Positions 13,120-25,995 of a DNA stretch of 64,000 nt are shown here, one piece after another. A model generated the notes under the pieces. The model was not told the DNA's origin, did no database searches, and saw only the letters and a list, made by a program, of their open reading frames with translations. Position 1 is the stretch's first letter. Every line of letters begins with the position of its first letter. The stretch comes from Mobula birostris (Eukaryota): contig NC_092380.1 in assembly GCF_030028105.1 (NCBI RefSeq), positions 62,493,717 through 62,557,716 of the forward strand, written 5' to 3'. The translations under genes were made by a program, and so were the position numbers.

Positions 13120-13630
13120 GGTCAGAGGAATAATGTCTCCTCCATTGTCACGATGAGGCCACACGGGTTGGAGGAGCAACACCTTGTATTCCATTTGGGT
13201 AGCCTCCAACCTGATGGCATGAACTTCAATATCTCAAATCTCAAACCCCCAACCCCCCCTTCACCATTTCCCATTCCCTTTTCCCTCTCTCACTCTTATC
13301 TCCTTGCCTGCCCATCGCCTCCCTCTGATGCTTCCCCCCCTTTTTTTTCTTCCATGGCCTCTGTCTCTTTCACCAATCAACTTCCCAATTTGTTATTTCA
13401 TCCCTTGCCCTTCAGGTTTCACTGATCACCTTGTGTTTCTCTCCCATTTCCCCCCCCCCCGCCCCACTCTTTCAAATCTACTCAGCTTTTTTTTCTCCAG
13501 TCCTGAAGGGTTTCTGCTCGAAACGTCGACTGCACTTTTTCCGTAGGTGCTGCCTAGCCTGCTGAGTTCCTCCAGCATACTGTGTGTGTTGCTTGGATTT
13601 CCAGCATTTCTATATTTTCTCTTGTTTGTA
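13120..13630 (+). mobile_element. Penelope-like element 3' end (GIY-YIG C-terminus, pyrimidine-rich UTR, terminal motif)
   Basis: EEQHLVFHLGSLQPDGMN resembles the end of PLE GIY-YIG ORFs. Followed by a C/T-rich tract, a hammerhead-like motif at 13498-13532 and the GCTGAGTTCCTCCAGCA terminus. Confidence 0.7.
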
Positions 13631-16600
13631 ATGCAAGTTCAGATAGGGGAAGCAGTGTTCTGAGTGACTTCTATTTTCAGAAAGGTGGATATGAGGCCAG
13701 CCAAGAGCACCTTAGTAGGATAGTCAAATCTATAAATAACAAAATGCATAAAATACTTAAGGAGGCAATGAGGTGAGGCAGACCTCAGCTGAGATTATAG
13801 GTGTAGAAAAATATTTTTATTTTATTTATTTAGAGATCGTGTGGAATAGGCCCTTCCTGCCCAGCAACCCATCTATTTAACACAAGCCTAATCACAAAAC
13901 AATTTCCAATGATTGATAAACTTACTAACTGGTTTATCATTAGACTGGGAGGAAACTGCAGTTTGTTGATGCTATGAATTATGCTTGGAGGTTAATCATG
14001 ATCTAAAGTTCACCAAACCTTGTACATCAAAACACATTTGAACTGTCTGCTGTACTTGTTCTGACTTAAAATGGCAATAGGTATACAAGGTAACTAACTA
14101 GCAAATTTAAAGTTTGCTTTTCAGAATTTTTTGCTGATATTTAATAAACTGTCAGTTGACAGAAACAAACCTAATCATACATTCTTTCCTCTATACAGTT
14201 CTGGCACAATTTTAATATCGTGCATTTCAAATCTTTACTTTAGATATGCTAGCACACTATAGATTTTGAACAAAAGATTGTGTGCTATTGTCAGCTTTCA
14301 AAATGGATTCTGTTAGTGCATCATTCTCTTTGTGGGGAAAAGTATTACAGTTTTCATGGGCGTTGACAAGTTTGTTGGACAAACGATTAAAAACTTGATA
14401 ATATCCTCCTCAGTAAATGTTCTATGCTACTTCCTCTCTCAGAATATTTACTAAGGAGAATATTGCCAAATCATCAACCTCTTACTTGCACTTAATCATT
14501 TGGCCAACAATAGCGAGTGCAAGTTGGCTATTGCATAATTTTTCAGTTCTTGAAGTATAATGTTTATTTATAAGATAGTTCAATTCTATTAGGTTTATCT
14601 CCCTCTACTCAACCAGTTCTTTGCAGGAGCAGAATTGATACATTAGAAGTTCTGTATAAAGCAGATGTAGATGTTCTTTACTTTAGCCACTGTGTAGCTT
14701 TGAATTACTGGGAGTGGTTGAAATAGGTAAGTTATTGAAAGGAGTACTTTTTTTATATTAAAAAAAACTACAGGATTATCATTGTACTTATTTATTCCTT
14801 AACTATTATTTTAAGTTCCTCAAAGTGCCATGGAATCTTTATGTAGTAAGGAGTTGCACCCTGCATAACTATCTCCTAAAATTTTATTCTTTTAGTCACT
14901 GGACTAATAGTAATCGGCACCAGTGAAGGGTTGCCTTTTGTGTAGTTGCTAGGAATCAATTATGATTTGTTTCCACTCTGATTTTTGCGGATTGGGGTGG
15001 CTGATGAGGCCAGTGAGGGTATGACAGGCTTCTACAGATTGGGCAGCAGGTGGCTTGTGGGGCAAGCAGGCTTGGGAAGTGGTGTGTTCTTTTGCCACAG
15101 TTTTTAGTATCATAAGGTCTTTCTCCATTTTGAGCAGAATTAAGCCATTCAGCCCATTAAGTCTGCTCCACCATTCCATCATGGCTGACTTCTGGTAAGA
15201 TGGTGACACACAGGGACATTTAAGAGACTCTTGGGTATGTGAATGAAAGAGTGCAATGTAGGAGGGAAGGGTTAGTTTGATCTTTGAGTAGTTAAAAGGT
15301 CAGCACAATGTCATGAACCAGAGGGCCTGTATTGGTTTGTGATCTTCGGGGGTCTGATAGAGGTAGTGTTTTTTTAAAAATGGTGGTGGGTGAATGGAAC
15401 TTGTGGCAGGGACGGTGGTGGAGGCAGATACATTAGGGACACTTAACAGACTCATAGGCAGTTGTTTGAAGAGCTGAAGAAGATTGGGCTTTGTAAGATT
15501 GGCTGTAGGAGGAAAGGGAGGTTGAAAGATGAGGTGCAAAGTTTTGTAGACTTGGAAAATGTGATATTTTAACACCCTGGTAATAACAGATGGAAGGAGG
15601 GAAGATCATGGCAATTTTTATTTGCCATCCACATTGGAGTAGATGAACTTACTAATGTTTGAATAAATAAGTGGGAACTCAAATGCATAAATCAGCGTAG
15701 TACCAAAAAGATGTGTAGTATTTTGTTGGTTTATAACTTAGGATAGAATTCTCCCACCCAGCTATTCTGATATTACTATAAATGTGGACACTACTCAGAA
15801 TCCAATGTATAGTCATTGATATGTTATGAAATAACAGAATCTTTTCCCCCTTGAATACAGGTTGCTGTTAGTGACATGGAAAAAGATTTAGGTCAATTGT
15901 ATAATCAGATTAGTGGTGTTTGAAATGTAATACTGACAGATGGATCTTTGGGGGCAGGGGGCAAATGTAGCAAACTGAGTACCAGGAATTAATATAATGC
16001 AAAAGGCATTTAAAAAAATGAGTCAGTAAAAATTAATAGTAATATGAGACTATGGAGAAACAGCTGCAAAGAAAAATTATCAAATTTTGGAGAGCGATGC
16101 TTGTACAACACGTCTATAATACACCCAGTCAATTTATTTTTTTGTAAACAAAGCATGCTTATTGAAGTGTGATCAGAGGACAGCAATGCCAGTCTCTGGT
16201 CTATTTTGAAATTTGACTTGTCTAAATTAATTACATATTATGTCAAAATTTAATGTGCTTATTTCCTCTAATACAAAATAGTTTAAAATTTTCTATCTAC
16301 TTCCCAGATGGTCCAATCTAGGTAGTTCCTAAAGTGGTTGTGTCTAAACTACTTTCCATTTCTAAGCTTGGCCAATTTCTGGAATATGTTGCAATAGATG
16401 ATGTTTATTTTATCAATTGAGGAACTTGGATGGTATCCACCCTCAACTTCCTTTCCCGATGTATTGGTCCTCAGTGCCTTATTCTATACGATCTAAGGTT
16501 GCAAAGCTCAAAGCAATCCGAATTGCATGCAATGCTTTCAGTTGTTTTGTTTGTGCCTGCCTGCTCTCATTAAATTAAATTTGCTCCTATTTGATGTTGC

Positions 16601-17071
16601 CAGTCATAAGCCTTTACTGCTGGCTTAATTCCATTTGATTTCTTATTTTGAGAGATTCCATGCATCTTGCTTCCAAAATTTATCTAATACATAGTGTTTT
16701 CTGTCTGTTATAAATGTACTGCAAACAGCAGGGATTCTGAAACTGGTGTCAATTATTACTCCTTGTCAGAAGCAACCAGACTTTGACAGAGCTTATCTCT
16801 TTTTCATGTGAATTCCTCCAATGGGAACTTGCATCATAAGAAGTGAGCACTTGCACAAGTTAAATTTAACTTTGCAGCCTGGCAAGGGAATTGGGCTACA
16901 TATGATTGAATTCAGCTAGTATGTTGCTTTATGCAGCAAGGTAATCACAGACCACATAATCTTTGGAAGATATGTCCTTAAAATTTGAACTCCTGGGTGG
17001 TATCATGATTAGATTCTGGGAAAGTGATTAAAAAGACCATCGATGCCTATTGTTTCTTTTCGGCAGCAAAA

Positions 17072-17200
17072 ATGGCAAGCCTGAAGGAAAAGCTAATTGG
17101 CCACTTGGCAACCTCCGGGGAGAAGCACTCCAACAACAAGGTTACCATTGTTGGTGTGGGCGCAGTAGGAATGGCATGTGCCATCAGTGTCTTAATGAAG
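17072..17200 (+). CDS. LDHA: LDH-A coding exon 1 ([15 protein letters not shown]...[16 protein letters not shown])
   Basis: Acceptor cggcag| at 17066, ATG at 17072, donor AAG|gtaaga. Rossmann GxGxxG motif. Confidence 0.96.
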
Positions 17201-17701
17201 GTAAGACAACATTCAAGTGACAAAGCTGTAGTTCCCACCAGGACTAGACTTGGGGAGTTACTATTATTCAACACTTTTAGAAGCTGAAAATGTTAGTATG
17301 CCCTAGTTTGCATGTATGACACTTGAATAGCAAACCAATACCATTTTTCCATTTCTACCCCCTACTCAACATGACCATTAACTCTCGAATGACAGCTATC
17401 ATCTTACCTTTGTACATTTGGCCTGCATGGAAAAGTTTACTTGGCTGTTGTTGAACTGCAGGTAATGTGGTTCCAAGAGCAATCAGGAATAGGGATTTTG
17501 TATAAATTTTCTCTCTCCCCCCCCCCCCCCCCCTTTTTCCAGGGCTAGTGATACATTTTCTCATACTTGGCTATCTGGGCTACAAGGGAGTAACTTTGAA
17601 AAGAGTGGAAATCAAATTGAAACACTATTGGACTCTATGGTATTAGGCCTTTAGTCTTGCTAGGTTGACTCTTACTGTGGTTGCATGGTTCCATGTTTCA
17701 G

Positions 17702-17819
17702 GATCTGGTAGATGAGTTGGCTCTGGTGGATGTAATGGAGGATAAATTGAAGGGAGAGATGATGGACTTGCAACATGGGAGCCTTTTCCTGCACACTTCC
17801 AAAATAGTGTCCGGCAAAG
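17702..17819 (+). CDS. LDHA: LDH-A coding exon 2 ([39 protein letters not shown])
   Basis: 118 nt, ttcag| ... G|gtgagt. Confidence 0.96.
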
Positions 17820-18683
17820 GTGAGTGTGATGTTACAGGTAGGGAAATGGGAGGAGTTGGGGTTTTGAGCATATAAGGCTGGGGACTAGGTGAGGTGGAAG
17901 TGGGATGGTGGATTGACATTAACTTAGGTGCCTTCTCAGCATCTCCCTGATTAATTCTTGAGCTAGTAGTTTAAATGATTAAGAAGTTATTCTGGGTTAA
18001 ATATTATACATTGCTGGCAAGGAATGCTTTTATAGAACAGTACAGCACAGCACAGAATAGGTTCTTGTGCCTATGACATTGTGCTAAATGATCCTGCCTT
18101 TTTCCTGAACAGAATTCCCCTGGAACTTGCCGTCCTGAGCACCAGTCCTCACCAGTTAGTCACGTGATCTGTCTTTTAAACAATATTGTCTGTGGAAGTG
18201 TGTGGACTTTTTTTTTATCAGGACCAATACCTCTAAGATAGGGGACAAGTATCTCAGATGATTTCTGGTTTAGAAGATTGAGAAAAGGATTAAATGAAGG
18301 AACACTGTAGGAGGCTCATGAACAGTATTATCACAAGCAGAGGATTGTTAGGCCAAATAGTGTACAAAGGTTACAAAGAATGTTACTGATTTTAAACCAT
18401 AAATGTGGTGAACTAGGTAGATCAAATTTACAGATCTCGAATAAGAAACAACAACTGCAGGTCGGGAACTAGAACTGCAGTTCTATGCAAGGGATTGTTC
18501 AGCCTTCTCTTGAATGTTGAGATTTTAGTGTATGGGCCTATAGGTTGGGCTAGAATGTCGATTCTTGTACAGTGTGTGCTAGTGGAGAAAGTAATGTGGT
18601 ACAGTTCTTTCAGATCAGATATCAGTTCTATGGAGTAAGAATTGAGATGTGCGATGGGGCTAACAATTTTCTTCCTATGATAG

Positions 18684-18857
18684 ATTATTCTGTTAGTGCC
18701 GGCTCCAAGTTGGTTGTGGTCACAGCTGGTGCTCGGCAGCAGGAGGGAGAGAGCCGCCTGAACCTGGTTCAACGCAACGTAAATATCTTCAAACATATTA
18801 TTCCGGATATTGTCAAGTACAGTCCAAACTGTGTCTTGCTTATTGTGTCCAACCCAG
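18684..18857 (+). CDS. LDHA: LDH-A coding exon 3 ([31 protein letters not shown]...VSNP)
   Basis: 174 nt, atag| ... G|gtgagt. Active-site loop. Confidence 0.96.
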
Positions 18858-19127
18858 GTGAGTAGTATCCACTTTGCAATGGGGCGGGTTCTGGGGCTTG
18901 GATATATTATGGGTTTAGAACTACAGATATGAAATTTTGTGGTCAAACTCTTAAAAGATACTGTCTTCAGCATGGAAGCATTATTACAGAAAGGGTAGTT
19001 GTTTTCACATGTTTACTGGGAGCAGAAAATTTGTATTTATTTTGCTATTGACAGTCTTCTGAAGTAGCTCAAAGAATTAAGAAGTCTAGTTCCATTAGAT
19101 TTTAATTAAGTAGTAATTTCTTAAATA

Positions 19128-19396
19128 TGCCGGCTGGTGGCACAGTGACATCAGCACCGGACTCTGGAGCGAAAGTTCTGGAGTTCAAATCCATTTGGGC
19201 CGCTGCCGGGCACGCCTTCCATCTGTGCCAGGTTGAGTTTGGAGCTCGCAACTCAGCCTCATTTTTTAAAAAAAAAGAGACAATACTGCACTGTGAGAGG
19301 GACATGAGGGGCCACCTACAGAATCTTTCCTCCAAGACGACTACTTGAAAAAGTGGTCGCCAAGGCTCTGGCAGAGTATGGCACACAAAAAAAAAA
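19128..19396 (+). mobile_element. tRNA-derived SINE with poly(A) tail
   Basis: A-box-like TGGCACAGTGAC 19138-19149, B-box-like GAGTTCAAATCC 19181-19192, terminal A-run near 19387-19396. Confidence 0.7.
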
Positions 19397-19989
19397 TACT
19401 TAAAGGTACTACTGCAATGGATCCCATCCTCCTTTCCTCACTGGTCCAAGTTCACTCTATCTACTCTACTGTTCTAGCTCCATGGAGCCTTTCATCGAAA
19501 ATTTGTAAATCTGACTTGCCTAGTTACTCATAAGTCTTGTAATAAAATACTGGCATCCCTTGACTCCTATATCTCTTTTCCTTCATGGCAACGTTTGTCA
19601 TTGTTGAAAAGTCTCTACAGATTATGTATTGATTTCTTTCAATCCGCTTCTGGTATTGCATTGTGTAGATGCAGTCCTTTGTTTCAGTTACTCAAAAAAT
19701 CACTCGCAATGTCACTTCCAAGTTCCATCCTTGGAGTGGCCTCTATTCCAAACCATAAAGTCTCTCCTCTCCCAATCCTGGTTGACATGTTTTTCAAGCC
19801 ATATCCATTGTCCCAAATATCACTGCAAATGTGTAACTAGCAGTTTGTTATCTGATATAAAATTGTAAAGAAAAACCCTATAAGTTCAAGGTTAGTATTT
19901 TGTAAAGCAAAGTTTTCCCACTCGGCTCCATCAAGCACATGATTGTCTGGTAGAGCTGAGGAGAGCCCCAGCTTTACCCTCCTTTGGAA

Positions 19990-22140
19990 CAGAATAAAGA
20001 TATTGCAAGGGTAAAAAGAACCTCCTTGTTGGTATATACAAGCCTTTAAACAGTAACCAGGATGTGGGGTACAAATTGCAATGGGAAATAGAAAAGGCAT
20101 GTAAAAAGGACATTATTATGATGGTCATAGGGGATTTCAATGTGCAAGTAGATTGGGAAAGCAAGATTCCTCCTGGATCCCAAGGGGGGAAAAGTTGTGG
20201 AATGTCTATGAGATAGCTTGTTGGACCAGCTTGTGGTTGAGCCCGCTAGGGAAAAGGCCATTCTGGATTGGGTGTTGTGTCATGAACCAGGTTTGTTAGG
20301 AAACCTAAGGTAAAGAAACTATTAGGAGAAAGTGGTCTTAATACAGTTAACGCTGCAATTTGAGAGAGAAGCTAAAATTGGATGAATCATTATTACAGTT
20401 GACTAAAGGGAACTACAAAGACACGAGAGAGGAGTTGGCCATAGTAGATTGGAAGGGGGCACTAGCAAGAATGATCATAGAGTTGCAATGGCTGGAATTT
20501 CCGTAAGTAATTCAGAAGGCACAGGATCGGTTAATCTCAAAGAAGCAGCAGCATTTTAAAGGAAGGATGGGCCAACCAGGCTGAAAAGGGAAGTCAAAGC
20601 ATAAAAGCAAAAGAACGGTGGGGGGGTGGGGGGGATGGAATTTTGCAATATAGCAAACATTAGTGGGAAGCATTTAAAAACAGACAAATGTGAACATCTG
20701 ACCACTGGAAAATGATGCTGGAGAGGAAATAATGGGAAACAAAGAAAATGAATGAGTATTTTCAGTCTGTCTTCACTGTGGAAGCAGTAGCAGTTATACA
20801 AAAATCCAAGATCGTCAGGGAGCAAAACTGAATATGACCGCTACTAAGAAGGTACTTGGGAAGCTGGAAGTCTGAAGGTACATAAATCTCCTGAACCAGA
20901 TGGACTGCACCTCAGTGTTCTGAAGGAGGTACCTTAAGAGATTGTGGAAGTGTTAGTAGCCATCTTTCAAGAATCACTAGATTCTGGAATGGTTCCGGAG
21001 GACAAGAAAATTGCAAACATCATTCTACTCTTTAAGAAGGAAGGGAGGTAAAAGACGGGACATTATCATTAACTTAACTGGAGTAGTTGACAAGATGTTA
21101 GAATTGATTATTAAGGATAAGGTTTCAGGGCACCTGGAGGCACAAGAGTAAATAGGCCGAAGTCAGCATGGTCACCTTGAGGAAATCTTGACTTCCAAAT
21201 ATATTGGAATTCTTTGAGGAAATAACAGGCAGAAAAGACAAATGAGCTAGTCGATGATTTTACTTGGATTTCAGAAGGCCTTTGACAAGGTGCCACACAG
21301 GCTTCTGATTGGATGCTGGAAACTTGTGTTCCACAGGGTCAGTATTGGGTCCACTACTTTTTACATTTTATGTTAATGATTTGGGCGATGGAATTGTTAG
21401 CTTTGTGTCCAAGTTTATGGATGATACGAAGTTAGGTAGAGGGGTAGGTAGTGTTGAGGAAGCAGTGAGTCTGCAGTAGGATTTGGACAGATTAAGAGAA
21501 TGAGCAAAGAGGTGACAGATGGAATAGTGTAGGGAGTTGTATGGTCATGCAGTCTGGTAGAATGAATAAAGGCACTGACTGTTTTGCAAATGGAGTGAAT
21601 TTTGAAATTGGAGGTACAAAGGGACTTAGTGCTAGTGCAAGATTCCCTAAAGGTCAACTTGCAGGATGTCAGTAGTAAGGAAGGCATTCATTACAAAAGG
21701 ACTAGAATAAAAAAAGCATGTAATGCTGTGGCTTTGTATGTTAATCCCAAGCAGTATCTTAGGACCATTTGATGGCCCTGAGCCTGTACTTGCTGAAGTT
21801 TAGAAGAGTGAAAGCAGATCTCATTAAACTTACTGAATTTTGAAAGGCTTGGATAGAGTTGACATGGAGAGAATGTTTCTAATAGTGGGAGATTCCAGGA
21901 CCAAAGGGCACAGCCTCATAATAGAAGGATATCCCTTTAGAAAAGAGATGAGGAATTTTAGCCAGAGGGTGGTGAATATGAAATTCAAAGCCACAGATGG
22001 ATATACTTGATGCAGAAGTTGATATGTTCTTGATTAGTAGTGGCATCAAAAGTTACAAGTAGAAGTCAGTGGAGTTGAGAGGGAAAATAAAAAAAAAGCC
22101 ATGATCAATTGGATGAATGGCCAAATTCTGCTCCCATGCC
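19990..22140 (+). mobile_element. Decayed CR1 LINE ORF2 (endonuclease to RT to 3' end) in an LDHA intron
   Basis: Recognisable motifs: IGDFNVQVDW (APE), SPEPDGLH, YLDFRRPLTRC-like (DFQKAFDKV), VPQG-SVLGPLLF, KFMDDTKL (FADD), plus CR1 3' end. Many stops and frameshifts. Confidence 0.85.
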
Positions 22141-23012
22141 TTTCTGTTCATTGAGACAAATTTAAATTTAAGCTTCAAACACCAATTCAAAAATTACCTA
22201 AAATCCCAGATGGTTTCCTTTCCAGATATATTTTAGTGTTCTTATCTGTAATGACCCATACTGTGCACCACGCTCAGTCCTACTTAATGCATAGTTTCCC
22301 TATTTGCTCTTGTTTTCATTTAATTTTGTTGGCAGAGCTTTTAGCCTACAGTGGGTGGTGTGGCTCAGAGCCAGTGAGAAGCCAGGCTTGTAACATGTAA
22401 AAAGCTGTTCAGTCTACATGTTTGGAGCTTTCTTGCAGATCTAGACTGGCTGAGAGAATGGAATGCAGGCAACTGCAAATGAAATGACGCAAATGTGAAA
22501 ATGGACGGGTTGGGGTTTGGTGGCACAGGGAGAAAGGGTAATTACGCTGAAAAGATGACTAATAGGACCTACTGAGAAAGCTGTAGGAATTTTGTCTGGG
22601 AACTATCTTGTGCTCAGAACAAAGCATCATTACCATGGAAATAAATCTGCTACAGAGACAACCTTGTCTTGGAGTTCACCATTTTGGCATGTATTCAAAC
22701 AAAAAATGTGAGATATCCACAGCATCAGGCTAAATATGCATTCTCAAATCCTATTGAGTCATAGTGCACCGACAGTTATAAGTACTGGAATTAAAACGTA
22801 AAGGAAATAACCCTCTTAAACAACAACTATAGTTGACTGAATAAACTGGTTTTAATGTGCCCTGTTTGTGTACTACCACAGTTCTGTGATAGTTTATACT
22901 TAATTACTGAAATGGAGCAAATTCCTTTTGTCCTTGAAGAGAAGGAGAAGGAATGAACAGATCAGTTGTGTTGGGAGTTAATCTGCATATGTTTTTTCTT
23001 TTTTCCCATCAG

Positions 23013-23186
23013 TTGACATCCTGACCTATGTGGCGTGGAAGCTGAGTGGTTTTCCTATGCACCGTGTTATTGGAAGTGGCTGCAACTTGGACTCTGCACG
23101 CTTCAGATACCTAATGGGGGAGAGACTAGGAATCCACAGCTCCAGCTGTCATGGCTGGGTGATTGGCGAGCACGGAGACTCCAGTG
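23013..23186 (+). CDS. LDHA: LDH-A coding exon 4 ([32 protein letters not shown]...IGEHGDSS)
   Basis: 174 nt, catcag| ... G|gtatgt. Contains the catalytic Asp, Arg and His. Confidence 0.96.
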
Positions 23187-24050
23187 GTATGTCTGAAAGA
23201 GCTGTGCTGAGGTTATAGTTGAAATTGAAGTAGGTCAAATGTCATGTTGGACTGGTTAGGCAGAGCTGTCAAATATCTTTAACAGCTGTTTACAATAATG
23301 GTGTGAGACTTGGAAATGGTATGCATAAAGTTATTAGATAAAGTAGAAAGAGAAGACCTGGGGCAGATGAGCTGCAATCATTAAATGAGGAAGGCTTGAG
23401 AAGCCAAGTGCCTACTCCTATGTTCTTGATATTTGTGGTATTGAACTGGATGGCACAGAGCTAGTGAATAGTTGCCTCCTTCCCATCGGAGAGTCCTTGG
23501 GTTCAGCATAATCCAGTGTGTTACAGGTAGATTATGGATCTTGTGGGGAATAGAAAGCCTTAGGGGTGTGGGATGGACTAACAGTTTAAAAATGCAATAC
23601 CAATTTCAGAATGGAGTCAGAAATTCACTTTCAATTTATTTGTATGATGAATCACAGTAGTTTCAAATGTTCAGTGATTTTTAAATATAATTAAAACAAA
23701 TCAATGATGATTTGACTGGTTGAGGAATGTGGTTTGTAGTGAGTAGTTCTTGCTGTATTCTACATATTTGAAGAAATCAAGTCTGTGTCATCCATGTTGT
23801 AATTAAGCATCATGAATGCAAGTTCTTCCCTCCACCACTAGCAATCAAAATTTCTTAGCACAAATGGAAAAATATAATTTCCCAGGAAGTGACAGAATTA
23901 TAATTTGCCTGTAAACAGTAACTTATCTCATAGTCAGAACTATCTTAAAAAGACTGGATAGTATTTTAAGTTGTACGACATCTGTGACAAATGCTGGGTC
24001 ATTTTTAGGTGCTGCTTTTGATGTATTTTTCTTGGATTTTTTTACATTAG

Positions 24051-24168
24051 TGCCTGTGTGGAGTGGCATGAATGTTGCGGGTGTGAGCCTGAAGGAACTT
24101 CACCCTGAGATAGGAACTGACAAGGACAAGGAAAACTGGAAGAAGGTCCACAAGGATGTGGTTGACAG
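24051..24168 (+). CDS. LDHA: LDH-A coding exon 5 ([38 protein letters not shown])
   Basis: 118 nt, attag| ... AG|gtgata. Confidence 0.96.
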
Positions 24169-24544
24169 GTGATAACTGCAGTGACCAAACACAGTTCTAT
24201 TGTTTTGTCATAACTTGTATTATTAGGACACATTAGTTTCATCTTGTCTATTATGGCCCTTTGAACAGAATTTGGAGAAAATTAAGTTTATCTTTTATTC
24301 TGCTTTTCAAAATGTCACCAAACTTCCACAGAGGATTAATATTAGTTTGCAAATTCTATTAACATTAGACACCAAACCATGGCAATTAACAACAAAATTG
24401 GAAATTCAGTGATTTAGATGTTTGGATATAATGAAAGATTACTGAATGGTATTGAAATGAAGAATACAAGTTATCAGTGGAGCAAACTTCCAGAGTCTTG
24501 TCCGGATCAAACAAATTTAAATAACAAACAGAAGAAAAACAAAA

Positions 24545-24875
24545 ATGAAGAAATCTGCAGATGCTGGAATTTCAAGCCACACACACAAAAAAATGCTGGT
24601 GAACGCAGCAGGCCAGGCAGCATCTCTAGGAAGAGGTACAGTCGACATTTTGGGCCGGGACCCTGCGTCAGGACTAACTGAAAGAAGAGATAGTAAGAGA
24701 TTTGAAAGTGGGAGGGGGCAACCCTCGCAACCCTAACCCCTCCCACTTTCAAATCTCTTACTATTTCTTCTTTCAGTTAGTCCTGACGCAGGGTCCCGGC
24801 CCGAAACGTCGACTGTACCTCTTCCTAGAGATGCTGCCTGGCCTGCTGCGTTCACCAGCATTTTTTGTGTGTGTT
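24545..24875. mobile_element. Penelope-derived inverted-repeat element (arms 24579-24717 and 24737-24874)
   Basis: Arms of ~139 bp are reverse complements with about 3 substitutions and 1 indel. Each carries the PLE terminus and a hammerhead-like motif. Confidence 0.85.
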
Positions 24876-25271
24876 AGAAGGAAAAACAAGATTCCTATGT
24901 ATTCTGAAAATAGAAGCTACATGGAGTAATGGATAGATCAGCATGTTTTCAAAAATGTTTATGCTGGTAGATTTTTCTATTCCTCCTTTGCACAACTTAA
25001 TTATTTTCAGTCATTGTACCCACTCCAGTATAATTTCATTTCATAATTTGGCGTGACTTTGTCCACCATAAATTTAAGTGACTCACATGAATGTTTATGG
25101 GAGGAGTCAAGCCATTAAAATTCAGTGTATGCTTGTAGTAATCCATGAAACATGACTGCTGTACTGCAGACAAATATAGCAACAGAAAATGAAGGTTACT
25201 GGTAAAATCTATTGTAAAGTCATAACTATCTCATTATGGGAGTAAATGTAATGCCTTACCAAAGTGACTGA

Positions 25272-25442
<171 letters not shown>

Positions 25443-25622
25443 TGAGCATGGTAAACAAATGGAGTGAAAGGAAGAAGCAGAACTGGTATATAAAATGGAA
25501 GCATAACTTTTCATTTTTTTTCCTGCATAATCATCCCAGTGAGGACAGGAGATAATTAATGATGGGAGGGCAGAGTTGAAAAATAGTTGTGGCACACACT
25601 GACTATCCTGTTCTTCCTCCAG

Positions 25623-25787
25623 AATTTCTATGGTATCACCAATGAAGTTTTCCTGAGTCTTCCTAGTGTTTTGGATAATAATGGAATTTCTAACATTGTC
25701 AAGATGACACTGAAGCCCGATGAAGAAGGGAAGCTGCAGCACAGTGCTACCACCTTGTGGGACATTCAGAAGGAGCTGAAGTTCTGA
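25623..25787 (+). CDS. LDHA: LDH-A last exon (NFYGITNEVFLSLPSVLDNNG...TLWDIQKELKF*)
   Basis: 165 nt, ctccag| to TGA. Confidence 0.96.
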   Translation, partial: NFYGITNEVFLSLPSVLDNNGISNIVKMTLKPDEEGKLQHSATTLWDIQKELKF

Positions 25788-25989
25788 ACCTCCACTCTGT
25801 CTTCCTAGGAATCTAGTTATGTGTACGCCCCTGTTCTATGAGAGGGATTGCTTTGAGTAAATTGTGACTTATTTTTCTATCTCTGGTCAGAAGACTATTG
25901 TCATGTTTGATCATGTTGTCCTACTTATCCCAGTCCCTCACTATTGTCAGTTAAGTATTTATGTAGAGTAGGCAGCTTGGTATGATATG

Positions 25990-25995
25990 AATAAA
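25990..25995 (+). terminator. LDHA: LDHA polyadenylation signal (AATAAA); alternative at 26159-26164
   Basis: First AATAAA about 200 nt after the stop codon. Confidence 0.6.

Noticed and set aside
18428-18973. 181-aa minus-strand ORF
   Set aside because: Shadow ORF antisense to an LDHA exon, with no recognisable domain.
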